A DNA stretch of 64,000 bases from the human T2T-CHM13v2.0 reference genome, Homo sapiens, in assembly GCF_009914755.1 (NCBI RefSeq), contig NC_060932.1. One strand, written 5' to 3'. How positions within the stretch are numbered: position 1 is the stretch's first letter; each line of letters begins with the position of its first letter. Of this stretch, positions 1 through 20,323 are shown one piece after another. A program made the position numbers and the translations under genes. The notes under the pieces were generated by a model, which made no database searches, was not told the DNA's origin, and saw only the letters and a list, made by a program, of their open reading frames with translations.

Positions 1-320
1 TCCCCACATGTTGCACGAGGGACCCAATGCACATAATTGAATGATGGGGGTGGTTTCCTCCATCCTGTTCTCATGGTAGCGAGTTAGTTCTCATGGGATC
101 TGATGGTTTTATAAGGGGCCTTTCCCCACCCATCACTCTGCACTTCTCCTTGCTGCCACCATGTGAGGAAAGACATGTTTGATTCCCCTTCCAGCATGAT
201 TGTAAGTTTCCTGAGGCCTTCTCAGCCCTGCGGAACTGTGAGTCAATTAAACCTCTTTCCTTTATAAATTATCCAGTCTCTGGTATGTCTTCATTAGCAG
301 CGTGAGAATGGACTAATACA
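1..320 (+). mobile_element. THE1/MST-family (ERVL-MaLR) LTR, cut by the window start
   Basis: Contains the typical 'catgattgtaagtttcctgaggcc...aactgtgagtcaattaaacctctttcctttataaatta' core and ends in 'ggactaataca'. Confidence 0.9.
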
Positions 321-661
321 ATGTGCCCATCATAAATCTTAAAAATGTTGGCCAAAGATAAAATGTAGACAATAACACTAGGTTTGAAGGTGCTGTGCTC
401 AGAATTACTGGGGATAAGAACAAAGGTTGACAATTCCTTTGACCCCATATGAGGACTGACTTTTCCTCTGCCCCCACCACCGTACTGCCCACACTTCCAG
501 CTGCTCTAGGCACACACACCCTGTCGACCAGGATGAGTAGACAACACACAGCTGAGAAGTCCCAATGCCCAAGACTAGGCTGTTTTGTCAAGCCATCTCC
601 AATTCCTATGCACCAGTGGTGGTGGCCAGGAAATGAGAACTTTCAAACTCAAAGTGGAAGA

Positions 662-969
662 GGCCGGGCGCGGTGGCTCACGCCTGTAATCCCAGCACTT
701 TGGGAGGCCAAGGCGGGCGGATCACGAGGTCAGGAGATCAAGACCATCCTGGCTAACACGGTGAAACCCCGTCTCTACTAAAAATACAAAAAATTAGCTG
801 GGCGCGGTGGCGGGCACCTGTAGTCCCAGCTACTCAGGAGGCTGAGGCAGGAGAATGGCGTAAACCCGGGCGGCGGAGCTTGCGGTGAGCCAAGATCGCG
901 CTGCTGCACTCCAGCCTGGGCGACAGAGCAAGACTCCATCTCAAAAAAAAAAAAAAAAAAAAAAAAAAA
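662..969 (+). mobile_element. AluY, full length
   Basis: AluY diagnostics (gatcacgaggtcaggagatc, accatcctggctaacacgg, gagaatggcgt, ggagcttgc), CpG-rich, pure A tail. 17-bp TSD aaactcaaagtggaaga at 645-661 and 967-983. Confidence 0.97.
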
Positions 970-1179
970 CTCAAAGTGGAAGAAATGTTACTCACAATTT
1001 GAATGGCTGAAATGAAAATATCAACAACAGGAGAGCACGGCAAGGAGCAAAGGGACAATTGTAAGCAGCAGAGGATTGAGGTCCTTAAGTTGAGCTGAAA
1101 TGGGGTCCACTTAGATTCAGAAAGCCTTCAGGCATGTGACCCAGGTCTCAGCTTCCTCATCTACGAAGTGGAGATGATG

Positions 1180-1680
1180 GTTGATTCTCATTATTCATGG
1201 TAGTTACACTCTAAAGTGACTGCAAACACTGAATTTGTGAATACTGAGCCAGTGCTTTTATGGGAAATATGGGGTTAGATCCCTGCCAGCCTCTGGTCAC
1301 ATTTCCATCAACTGATCAATACATTTTTGTAATGTGTGTTTCTGTTTAAACACAGCATACTGAATCCCTAACAGAGACATTAAACCCTTACTCAGAAGTA
1401 AATAGTGCTATTTCCTCAATAAAATATTGCTGATTAGCTAACATTGAACAGCCACCAGCACTACAACTCCTGCCTGAAGGAAGCTTATCTAACACACCCG
1501 TTTTCTCCATAAGGTACCTCACAGCCTCTTGTGTTTAAAACACCAGAAGGCACTGCAGCACTACCCTTCGGGGCCATCTCAAACAGCAAAATCACCAGTA
1601 TTGAAGTTGGGGTTGCAAATCAATTTTTGCAAATACGTAAATTTGCAAATACCGAAGTGATGAATAGTGAAGATTGACTG
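1180..1680. mobile_element. MER82 (TcMar-Tigger) DNA transposon, internally deleted, inserted into a MIR
   Basis: Ends 'ttgattctcattattcatgg' and 'gatgaatagtgaagattgactg' followed by TA resemble the MER82 terminal inverted repeats. MIR-like sequence lies on both sides (about 1135-1180 and 1681-1790). Confidence 0.8.
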
Positions 1681-2599
1681 TAATAATAATAATACAAGCT
1701 GTGGAGATTAATGAAATAATCCATGTCAAACATTTAACAGCATGTGGTACATATATACCAAATATGTACTGAACAAGTAACTGTTTTTGCCAAATATTTG
1801 AAGCCACTATTAAGGTGTTAAGTATATAACTATGAATATTACCATATACTGTAAATGGGTACTCTAGAAGGAAGACTACAAAAACAGCCTAATGTTAAAA
1901 TTACCTGATAAACAGGTACAGTTTCTTTGCCACAACTTTTTAAAAATGACTTTAAAAAAACACTTAAAATGAAGCTACCTATGTGTTTTTCATAGCAAGT
2001 TAGTTGAATTAAAATTAAGACCCTCGGGAGATCTGGAAGTAGGTGGGAATGAGGAGCAAATTAATTGTTTTGCAATAAAAACTGCTCCCCAATCCTCCAG
2101 TCCCTAACAGAGACAATTAACCCTTACTCAGAAGTAAATAGTGCTACTTCCTCAATATTAACAGGATTCAGTAAAGGATGTTTCAGTGTATTTTTTTTTT
2201 TTTTACTTTAACAACCACCTTGTTTGGCATTTATTTTTACTTTGTTGTAATAGTAAACACAAGGGATCCCCTTTATTTAGCATAAAATTTCCTTGCCAGA
2301 AAGTAAATATTTGATGTTTATATAAGCAGCTATAAAAACAATTTCCTGAGAGATTTCTCCACAAAAATATTTACCTGCTTGAGCCGATGGATTGAGATGA
2401 TTTGGAAACCAAACTTCCTTTCCAGTGTGGCTAGGTAGGCATTTCCTTCTAACTTATCCTTCACAACTCACTACAACATTTGAAACCTCTTGTCTTCAGG
2501 ATTTTGTGTTCAAAACTTCACTGAACTTTTTTTGTTTGTTTAACTTATCTAAAATATTAGTAATAGTCTATCTATAGTATCTATAACATTTCTTTTCAT

Positions 2600-3350
2600 T
2601 GTCTCAACTCCAAAACCCACTCCTCCCGCATTTCTGGTTTCTGTGATGGGATCACCATTCTTGTAGTTGCCCAGGCTTGTACCGTTGGGTTCACCTTTTA
2701 CTTCTTCCTCTTCATTGCTGCATGCCAAACTCATTCAACTTCTTTATCCTGAGGCTACATTACAGCATGCATTCTGTCCATCCCCATCTCTCCATTCCCA
2801 TTGCCCTTGTCCTAGTTGAAGTTCTCAATTCTTATTGCCAGAGCCAAGGCAATAACTTTGTAATCACCCTTCCATCATCTTCCCCAAACCATCATACCTG
2901 TGGCTACCAAATTCATTTTTATAAAGTATTATTTTATTATCACCATGGCATGACACAGCAAGAAGGCCCTCCCCAGATGCTAGCCTCTCAATCTTGGACT
3001 TCCCAGCCTCCAGAACTGTGAGCCAATAAATTTATGTTTATTAGAAATTCCTAGTCTCAAATATTCTGTTATAGCAACACAAAATAGACTAAGACAAACT
3101 CTCAAATGTGGAGCTCCCTATCTAAATCCTTTCCACATCTCGTTCTTTTCCATGGAACATATTGTCCACCAGGCAACAGTTGGAGTTTCAGTTCTTCAGA
3201 ATGCACAGGGTCACCTTGCCTTGAAGCACTTCAGATCTCCATATTGTAGTCATATAATGGTTCTCTCTTGGAATGAAGATGATTTTTTTTTGCCACATTG
3301 TATACTTACTCATGAGCTCTTTCATCAGAAATGCTGCAGTTTTGTTACTG
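2600..3350 (+). mobile_element. L2 fragment interrupted by a MaLR LTR 3' half (MST/MLT1A-like, about 2946-3096)
   Basis: Pyrimidine-rich L2-like sequence. The insert reads 'cttggacttcccagcctccagaactgtgagccaataaa...atagcaacacaaaatagactaagaca'. Confidence 0.65.
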
Positions 3351-4074
3351 ATGTTTTTAGAGTCAAAACATAATCTTCTATTTTATCTAAAATTTCCCTC
3401 TTCTATGGGTAAAAGAAATGTCTTTTTAAAAAGTAAGGGGTATTGTTCTCCAGTCCCGATATAGAAAATGATATCCTAAAGGAAAAAAACGCTGAAAGGT
3501 GGTTACTAAGTAAAGGCCTTCAGTTTTTCTTTCCCAGAACACGCTTGAGGTGTATTTGACATCTGTCTAACTCAAATTTCATTCCTTTTGAATGTCTCAG
3601 TTCCCATATTCCTTCCACAATGTAGACAAAAATCTCCATTTACCCTGTTGAAGAATCTCATACTAAAATCCTAAATCACGACAAAGCAAGGTTATGAGCA
3701 TGGCTCAGAGCATGCACTGTGACCTCACAAGGAAAGGTGACTATGGGGGCCTGGATTAGGAAAGATGTCAGGGAGGAGGTGGCATTTGAGTTAGGCCTGA
3801 AACAAGCATTAGCAGTGGAGCACCCAGAGTCGCAGTGAAGGAAAATGTAAACAGAAAGGATGTAGCAGGAAAGGAACAAAGTCAAGATTTCTGGATGCAA
3901 CGACAGAGAGCTACAAGAGTTTGTTTTGGTCTGGCCCATGCTTCATGAAAGAAAATTGTGAGACATTTGTTATAAAGGAGGATTGTAGACTGGCCCATGA
4001 GGAATCTCACTGCCAAGCAAAGGAGAGGCAGCACTTTATTCTGTGGGCAATGGGGAGCCAATGAAGGACAAAAC

Positions 4075-8377
<4,303 letters not shown>

Positions 8378-8404
8378 GTTTTAAAATTTTTTTAAAAAAC
8401 TTAA

Positions 8405-8713
<309 letters not shown>

Positions 8714-9506
8714 AATAAAGCCAAATTCTGAAGTAAAAAATATAAAGAAAAGTAAAACTAAAAAATAACCCAAAGATTTCTCAACAAATCAAAAGTTCAT
8801 AGAATTGTAGCAAAATCATTTTAACATTTTTCCGGAGGAAAATAGAGAATGAAAGAGAAAAATTAACTTTCTCTAACGTCACACAGGTTATATATATCAG
8901 ATAATATGCAAATTTTTATTTTCCCAACAGCCCTATGAGATAAACATTAATATCCTCATTTCAGAGGTTCCGGAAAACTTGGATAAACTTTTCCAGGCCA
9001 CTATTATGTATGGGAATTTGAATTCAAATCTGTGATTATCTGATACAAATATTTGAATGATTAACTGTGTGCTATCTTGTCTCCCAAGTAGTTATTGACA
9101 GAATGGGTGTTGAAATTAGGAAAAAGATAATTTTAATACAAATCAGGGTTTTGTATATGTAAAATAGGACACATTTAGGGGACATTTCTCTTCTCTACTA
9201 CCAGTTGCTCAAGGTAGCCCTATGTGCGTGATGGAGGAAACATGGGGCCCACTGAGGTCCACCAAAGGCCACACCTTATGAGATGGCTCTGAGATTAGAT
9301 GAATCAGATGGGGAAGAAACTCATTGCTCAACAGATTTCAGCATTATTTCCTAAAGCTAAGATCCAAAGTTTAAAGTGGTAAACTTATTTAAAAAAAGCA
9401 GGCAGAAACTTCAGGCCTCAAGTCATTACAACCTCTCACCCTCCACCTGCAGCTGGAAGTAAAGGGGTATAGCTGTTGCTGCTGTTGTTTGATATTATTA
9501 TTGTTG

Positions 9507-10640
9507 GTGACTTTAAGTAAAACAATGTATAACAAAATCAATTTTCCCATAAGCTAATTGATATAAACAAGAGTTAGGCTGAGTGGAGTGGCTCACACCT
9601 ATAATCCCAACACTTCGGGAGGCTGAGGTGTGAAGATCACCTGAGCCCAAGAGTTCGAGACCAGCCTGAGCCACATGGTGAGACCCCCATCTCTACAAAA
9701 ATTTTAAAAAAAAAATTAGCCAGACATGGTGGTGTGTGCCTTTATTCCCAGGTACCAGTTGGCAGCCTGAGGCAGGCGGATCCCTTGAGCCCAGGAAGTC
9801 GAACCTGCAGTGAGCTATGATCACACCACCGCACTCCAGACTGGGCAACACAGTGAGACCCTGTCTCAAAACAAAAAAGCAAGAGTTAAGTTTCTGTGGC
9901 AAATTCATGGTCACAAACATCACCAAACTTCTAAATAAAGACCCAAAACACCTCTAATATTAACCATGGGAGCTGTGCATACATTTAAGAAAGATTAATA
10001 AAAACAAGAAGGATAATTTTTCCAATTTCTGGTGAATCTGTAAGTGACAGCAGTCATTGTGGTGATGAGTTAAATCAAGAAATAAATGTTTGAAAATCGA
10101 AAATTGTCAGGAGCATCTCCTCCCACCAGGCAGTTCAAAACCAAACCATCACAAATGTGGCGACTCCCACAGAGCTTTCTTCATTTATTGTCGTATATTT
10201 GTATTGATTATTGTAGACTTTCTGCATTTTTATTTGACAATAATTCATAATTAATTCATTCATTCTCCAAACTGTTTGTTCCAGTTCAAGTCTGCAGGTG
10301 GCCAGAACTTATCCCAGTGGCTCTTAGGCAAGGTGGGAGCCCACCTGGACATGACATCATCCCATCACAGGGCACACGCACACACACACACACACACACT
10401 TACACTAGGACCACGTGGACAAGCCATTTCACCTAACTTGCACATCTTTGGGATGTGGAAGGACACCAAAGGAGCTGGAGAAGAAACCCCATGCAGAAAG
10501 GGGAGAAAGAGCATGCAAACTCCACACAGCCAGCGGCCCTGGCCAGGAGTCTGTTTTTTGTTTTTTGTTTTTTGTTTCTTTTTTCTCATCAACATAACGA
10601 AACCACTTTGAAAGAAATAACGTTATTTGGAAACCTGCTA
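9507..10640 (-). mobile_element. MER6 (TcMar-Tigger) DNA transposon containing its V-SINE-derived segment, interrupted by an AluJ
   Basis: Terminus 'cgttatttggaaacctgcta' matches the reverse complement of the MER6 5' end as recalled. Internal 'cacatctttgggatgtgg...aaaccccatgcagaaagggg...tgcaaactccacacag' and (attc)n tail match the V-SINE part. Confidence 0.85.
9577..9878 (+). mobile_element. AluJ inserted in MER6
   Basis: J-type 'gagcccaagagttcgagacc...tgagctatgatcacaccac'. TSD caagagtta at 9568-9576 and 9880-9888. Confidence 0.9.
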
Positions 10641-11649
10641 TGTGTGTTAAGTGCTTATTATACACAAAATGTAAAGCATTACGTTCTTCACTAATTTTTA
10701 TTTTAAAAACATAGCTCCCATTCCAAATGAGGCTGTAGTACAATTCTCTGAAGATTAAAATGAATGCGCTTAGGGAATATATACCAAAAGAAGCAGACTT
10801 TGCTGTCAGCCCCAAATATCTGAATTCCAGCAATGAACAATTTGGGCGTGAATTCAAAGGAAGTTTATAATGTTGAGAGAAAATAGCACTGCAGCTATTT
10901 TCTGGGAAGCCTTAAAAGCCTGTTTCTGAGAATTTCTCTCCTTTTTGACATAAAATTAAATGAATTGATTAAATTCTATGACTTAGGACATTTTTTAAAA
11001 ATCCAGATGAATAGCTCTTCCCTTTCCCTTCTAAACTGAATTGACTGCTTTTTTGTGCATGCAACTAGAATTTTTTTAAAAAACTATAATTGTATATAGT
11101 AAAAGACTTTAGGCAGATCTCCATTTTACATACTCAGTTGCTGATGTTTTATATCTATTAATTCTCAGTCACTGCTCTGAATTTAGCCGTTACATCCAAC
11201 TTCACTATATTGCAAATTCTCCAAGACATGAGAGAAAAATATTACAACTTCTCCCTGATTCAAAGTCCTCTTTGAAAAGTAATATTAAAAACACCAAATA
11301 ATTTGTTAAGTAGAAATAAAATATGATCATTTTTGTTACCTACAAGATATGATGTACCTCCTAAAAATAAAAGTATAGCTACCTTGACTCTTGAGTTAAC
11401 TTAAAAATGTTACAACCTGTTTCAATTCTCCATTACCCAATCTCAAAGGTGAATTAATATACCTTTAATACTAGGGACTAAAAAGAAAAAAATAGAGCTA
11501 CCTATCTGAGTGTCTGGACAAACAGACAAAACAGATATCGCTACTCTCTTCTTGAGTTGGTGGCTGAGGTTTGGGCAAGTTACTCAACTTATGGTTTGGG
11601 GGAACTGGTTACTCGGCTTGTTGTCTAATTAGATCTCAAACAGAATCTG

Positions 11650-11870
11650 AGCAAGTCACATGTGCAAGAAAGAAGCTCCGCCTCCAGGCCCCACTGTAAA
11701 CCTTCTCGAAGTGCTTCCTCCCGCTCCATCTCCTCTGCCACGCCCCCAGTTCCAGTCCATCAGGGCAAGACTAGCTTTCCACTGGTCCTTGTCCCCTAAG
11801 GCAGAAAACTTTCCTGTATTCTTGGGAAGAAAAGACTTGGCAATGATGCAAATCAAAATATTTATCTAGC
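11650..11870. promoter_or_regulatory. Candidate cis-regulatory element (motif cluster in unique sequence)
   Basis: GTCACATG E/M-box 11655-11662, GCCACGCCCCC KLF/SP site 11737-11747, octamer ATGCAAAT 11846-11853, FOX-like AAATATTTA. Locally GC-richer than the flanks. Motif evidence only. Confidence 0.3.
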
Positions 11871-13549
11871 CAGTAGAGAATTATCTGTAATCCATTTACC
11901 TTTTAAGCCAAAGAACACTTAATAAGCCCTGGACATCTCTTTTTCACTATTGGGGAGAAAATATAACAATGTACCAGAAAAGCACCATACACAATCTGAC
12001 ATTTGCTGCGTCTCTTTATTCCCAGCTTCCAAATTTAGATAATTACTCACAAAACTTTACATCGATCTATCTACAATATACAATATTTGCAAGATATGTA
12101 ATGCTTCCTTTTATTGTATTAATTTATATTTAAGTTATAGCTTTCATATTCCAATGTATTTTGTATTTACAACACTCTATAAAGTGTCTACTAGATTCTG
12201 TTTGTCTCCAAGACCAGGTATTGGCAACCACTATATTTATTTTTTATTGGTATGACCACACCAAGATAGGCAATGAAATATAATAGCCAGAATGCTTTCT
12301 ATTATCCCCCAAAAGAGAGGAAATGGTGAAGGGTTTCAATGCTATAATAAGAAGGCTAAAATAGCAAAAAGCTATGTAAGGGATGGTCCTTCACCTCTGA
12401 GTTTTGTGCCAAGGTAAATAAAACACACTAAGTTACCACTACTACTGTCCACAATAGTTGGTAATTAAATGTAAGGAAGAGTTGAGGTGGGGAATTAATT
12501 TCAGAATTAAATATGTTAAGGGAATGTGGAGGGTGGGGAACACATAAGAGATGTGGTTTGTCACTAATGTGCTGTCACAGGAGGAGAAAATCAAGAACAT
12601 GATAATTTCCAAATTACACTGAGATACTGGAGATTTCTCAATTTGTTTTCCTTTTTGTACTCCTGATATCTTAACTGACCTTGAAAGTTGCATTCTTCTT
12701 GCTGTTTCTTCTTGGGAAAATTATTGCTAACTACTTTTTCTATTTACAAACTTGTTAGGTTAAAACAATACATGTTGAAAGAACTGCAAAAAAAATCAAG
12801 AACAACATTGTTCCCAATCCACTCTTCATTTCCTTCCTCTTCTTATCTCTTCCCTGACTCATTTACTTCTCATTTTCCTTTGATTACCATGTTCTAGTCA
12901 ATCATGAAGGAACAACGTATTTCATGCTTTAATTTGTTTTCATGCACTAGTCCTATTTTTGAAAATTGAATAACTCAGTGAAAGAAAAAAAAAATCACAA
13001 CCCAAACAAGGCAAATACCCACACAAGTGAAGTAAGTAAGTGAATAACACCATAGAGTCGGTTTTAGGAGTTTTTTTGTTGTTACTTAATCCTGAGAGGT
13101 AAATTAATTCACTTTCATGCCTTTCGTTTGTCCATCTGTAAAATAACTTATAGTACTTATGTGAGTTTCTGTTTGTAGAAAGTCTTACAGAATCATGTAT
13201 CTAGTACTTACCATTTACAATACAAATAACTATGCTTGACTCTCTGAAACATCCAAGACGCAAGTGTCCTCATTCTCTCATTAAAGAGCTGTATAGACTG
13301 AGGCTATAGAGATCATGATTCTGCCAGGGCCACGCAGTTCGGAAGAGCTGGCCAGTGTTGAGGCACACTTCTGATTATGCACCCTGGGTTCTGTTTACTG
13401 TACCACACTATTTCTAAGAAGTGGCTACTAATCATCACATTTTCCCATGTTACTGAAGGATCACTATCTACTTTTTAACCGACAAGGCTGTGGAAAAATG
13501 CATGAAAAATTTGCCTTGGCATCTGAGCTAAAGAGAAGAGGAAGGCACA

Positions 13550-13918
13550 TGTTTCAGCTTGGGCTGCCATAACAAAATACCACAGGCTGGGTGGCTAAAA
13601 CAATATACATTTGTTTTTTTCACAGTTCTGGAGACTGGAGAGTCCAAGATCAAGGTACAGTAGGGTTCAGTTTCTGGAAACTTCCTGGCTTGCAGATGGC
13701 CACCTCTTGCTGTATCTTCACATGGTGGAAAGAAAGCAAGCTCTGATCTCCCTTCCCCTTCTTATAAAGACCCTAATTCCATCATGAGGGCCCCACTCTC
13801 ATGAGCTCATCTAACCCTAATTACCTTCCAAGGGCCCCCACCTCCTAAAACCAGCACACTAGGGGTTAGGGCTTCACACCTACTAATTTTGGGAGAACCA
13901 AAATACTGAGTCCATATA
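13550..13918 (-). mobile_element. MLT1A-family solo LTR
   Basis: 'gggctgccataacaaaataccacaggctgggtggc...ttctggagactgg...tccaagatcaagg...ggggttagggcttca'. Confidence 0.88.
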
Positions 13919-14795
13919 GTAGATTTAATGCCAATTTATCTGCATGCTAAGTTATAGAACAAAATAATTACTAGAATTATAGAAAGTCAACTCAAATCAT
14001 CTGGCTCAATTTCTTTAAGGAAACAAATGGGAAATTAATCAATCTGTTCAACCATGGTCAATTTCTCATTTGTATTTGATTCTTTCTTATTTTCTTGCTA
14101 CACTTCACACAATTACCTACATATACTGCCTTTCTTCTTTCCTTATTAAATCCCTCAGTTTCCAGCAGTCTGACTTACATCTCCACCATTCTACTAAAGT
14201 GTCTACTTAGCCAAACTCATTCTCTAGAAATAGAACCAATGAGACATTGTTTTCTCTAGAAACCATTCTCTGAACCCCAGACACATAGAATCAAGATCAC
14301 ACACAGTCTGGTCACTCCCAAAGAGTGAGATGAACTCAAACCCCCTCACCATAGATCATGGAAGTTCTGCCTCATGCCCCTTGTACCCCCAAACCCAAGT
14401 CATCTTCAATGTCCCAGATCATTCATTATGTTGTCAGCAGCTCAAGCTCGAAGGTTCTGTTGCCACTGAATTAGCTCAGCTCAGGGATTGTCCTGCTGAG
14501 CTCTGTTGCTCTGGGCTGTTCCATCTCAGAACTAGGATGCAGATTTCTACTTCAACTTCCACTAAATGCAGCCCCACTCAAGATATTTGTGTAATAGAAT
14601 ATGTTATTGGTGAGGATTTAGCATTAACTACCGGGGACATGCAATAGGCCACAGCCACTGCTGAAGTCAGGCTTGGCCTCCGGCCATGTATCCAGCCCTC
14701 CTATTTCCTTCCTTCACTCCCTCCTCCCAGCACCCAGCTCAACTCCCAACTGCATCTAGTCCATTCCTTCATGAAAAGTTAACTATCTCTGTCTC

Positions 14796-14925
14796 TTTTC
14801 TTTTTCTTAGAAACACTGTCTCCCTATGTTGCCCAGGCTGGACTTAAACTCCTGGGCTCAAACGATCCTCCTGCCTAAGCCTCCTGATTAGCTGGGAATA
14901 CAGGAATGTGCCACCACATCTGGCT
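14796..14925 (-). mobile_element. FLAM-type free Alu monomer
   Basis: Single monomer 'ctatgttgcccaggctgg...ctcctgggctcaaacgatcctcctgcc...ccaccacatctggc'. Confidence 0.8.
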
Positions 14926-15132
14926 TAACTAACTCTTTTGTCTCCTTGGCTGCTACTAAACCATGCCCTCTTCCCACATCATCACTCATCTTCCACTTAA
15001 AGACAGTTCTCCTCCTAAGAGCAATTCTGGTCCCTGCTCTGAAGAAATAAATGTTCCACCCCATGTTAGGCTATTAGGTCATGAGGGTGGAACCCTTGTG
15101 AATGATAGTAGTGCCCTTATAAGAAAAGACAT

Positions 15133-15645
<513 letters not shown>

Positions 15646-15774
15646 CTAGACACTAAACCTACCAGCCCCTTGATCTTGGACTTCTAGCCTTCAGAACTGT
15701 GATAAATAAATTTGTCTATAAGCCACCCAGTTAAGGAATTTTGTTATAGCAACTTGAACCGAGTAAGGGAGTGG

Positions 15775-16440
15775 GGTGCAGAGTCTCTTTAGATGCTGCT
15801 AAGGAACCTCTCTGATTCTCACATTTTAAATTGTGATTAGCCTGCCCAAGCCTGCCATTTTCTTTCTTCCACGCATCAACAGTGCCCAGCAACAGCTGTC
15901 CGATTCCATTGTCCTTGTATGTTCTATCTCCTCCCACCCCCATTCTTTTCAAATGACAGAGCTATCACACAGCAGCATCCCCTTCCACCTGCACTCCATT
16001 GTAGCTCAGCATACATGAGTGTCTCAGCCATCACATGCTGCCACATGCTAGGGGCACCCACACCTTCCCTGCACCAGGGCGGGCTCCTCATTGCCAGCCG
16101 GCCAGTGGCTGACAAACTCCAGTGTCCTATTCTTACCATCTACATCTAGGACATTCCTGGTACCTGCTGCCTTAGGTTGGATTTCCTGGGAGAAGAATCA
16201 GAGACAAAATATAGGTGAATGTGATTTATTGAAGGAGTACCCTTCTGGAGAAATTGGAAGGGTTGGGAGAGAAGTAGCATAAGGAAAGGGAAGGAATAGA
16301 GCAAGGCTGTGGTCTCAGGACAAATCAAAACTTAGCCTGAACCCTGTGGAGATGGGTGTCCAGGAGCATTGTTCCACGCAGAGCTGCCCCACCTCTGAGG
16401 CAAAGGGGTCAGTGTTTGTACCCCTATATCAGTCATACCC
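15775..16440 (-). mobile_element. ERVL proviral 5' remnant: LTR16-like LTR (about 16170-16440), PBS region and gag-like internal fragment (ERV3-16A3-like)
   Basis: Minus-strand peptide KDNGIGQLLLGTVDAWKKENGRL...KCENQRGSLAASKETL resembles the ERVL gag N-terminus. 'ggtaccaggaatg' lies directly next to an LTR16-like 'ttaggttggatttcctggg...tttattgaaggagt' segment. Confidence 0.7.
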
Positions 16441-16868
16441 CAATCCTGAGATACTGGGTCTGGAGTAATATGTATGATCTGTGCTTTAAGTCAGGCAATC
16501 TCAGACCTAAGCTTCTACATTTTCCTAGGCCCTCTTCCTGTTAGGTTTTTAATCTGCATCAAATTACTTATCCATTCTAAACTTTAGCTACCATCCCTGA
16601 AAAATGAGGATATTAATTTCTATTTCAAAAGATAATTGTGAGAATGAAAGGAGCTAATTGTATAGAACACTTGCATAATATACCTTTATGAGTGCAGTAG
16701 TGAGCACTAGCAAATGCCAGCTCCTAATCCTCTCACCCAGTCCCGGCACACTGTTATTTGATTTGGGGCAAGTTAGTTAACCTTTCTGAATATCAATAAA
16801 ATATGTCAATTTTTCTTTCCTACAAATCTTACAGTATTGTTGTAGCACTGAAAAATACACACACACAC

Positions 16869-17599
<731 letters not shown>

Positions 17600-18348
17600 T
17601 AACATTCTGTTAGCCTCAAAAACATTTGCTGTTGAAATCTTATCCAGTTTCTAAGAGTTCAGAAAGTTAGCGTATTTATTTAATCATCAACTTTTCATTG
17701 AAACTTAAGATTTGCAAGCTTCATTTTTCCATTATTATTCTGCTGATATGATGCTATATCATATGAATGGAAACAAGAAATAAGCTAAGGTATATTCTGC
17801 ATGTAATAATAAAAGACTCTGAGCCTCTGACTGCAAATATAAATAATTATTTAACTCTTAATTTTAAATCAAGGTAAACATGATTTTATTTTCCTTGAGT
17901 GTATTGAGAGTCCAGCTACAACTTTTTAACTACTGAATGGTTCCTGTGTGAATGAAGTACCATTGGTACAATTTCTTACCTGTTTTATTAGAAATAAATA
18001 AACAGAATGATTTGTTTATGTTTTTAATTCTCTATTTTAAATCGGACAAATATAAGACACAAAATGCAAATAACTACATCATAATACCTTTTGTTAAGTA
18101 TGGACTTAATATCTTTTGTTAAGTGTGAACAGATGTGTGCTTACATATTCAATTCTACATCTGACAAGGTGTTTTGTTCAAAATTATAATCTTATAAAAG
18201 GGGTTCCTGTTTTTGAAATTTTCCTTTTATTCTTTCTTAAGGAGTAAATCATTTCTTGATATGGCTTACTTTACTATCCGTCTTCCTGGTTGTTTAATAA
18301 CAATGACAGAGACTACACAAAAAGAAAAAAGGTAATATTACTGACAAA

Positions 18349-20156
<1,808 letters not shown>

Positions 20157-20323
20157 ATAATATTGGCAAGGAATTAACTTTGTTAGAGATTTAGTGTTCT
20201 GTAACTGTGTGTTTCTAAGAAATTCTCATTTATGATTGAGTTACTTGATTATTTTTCTCTATGTCATATCACTCCATGATAATGTAAAAGGGAAAGTGTT
20301 TCTGATGTCTAAAATCTAAGTTG

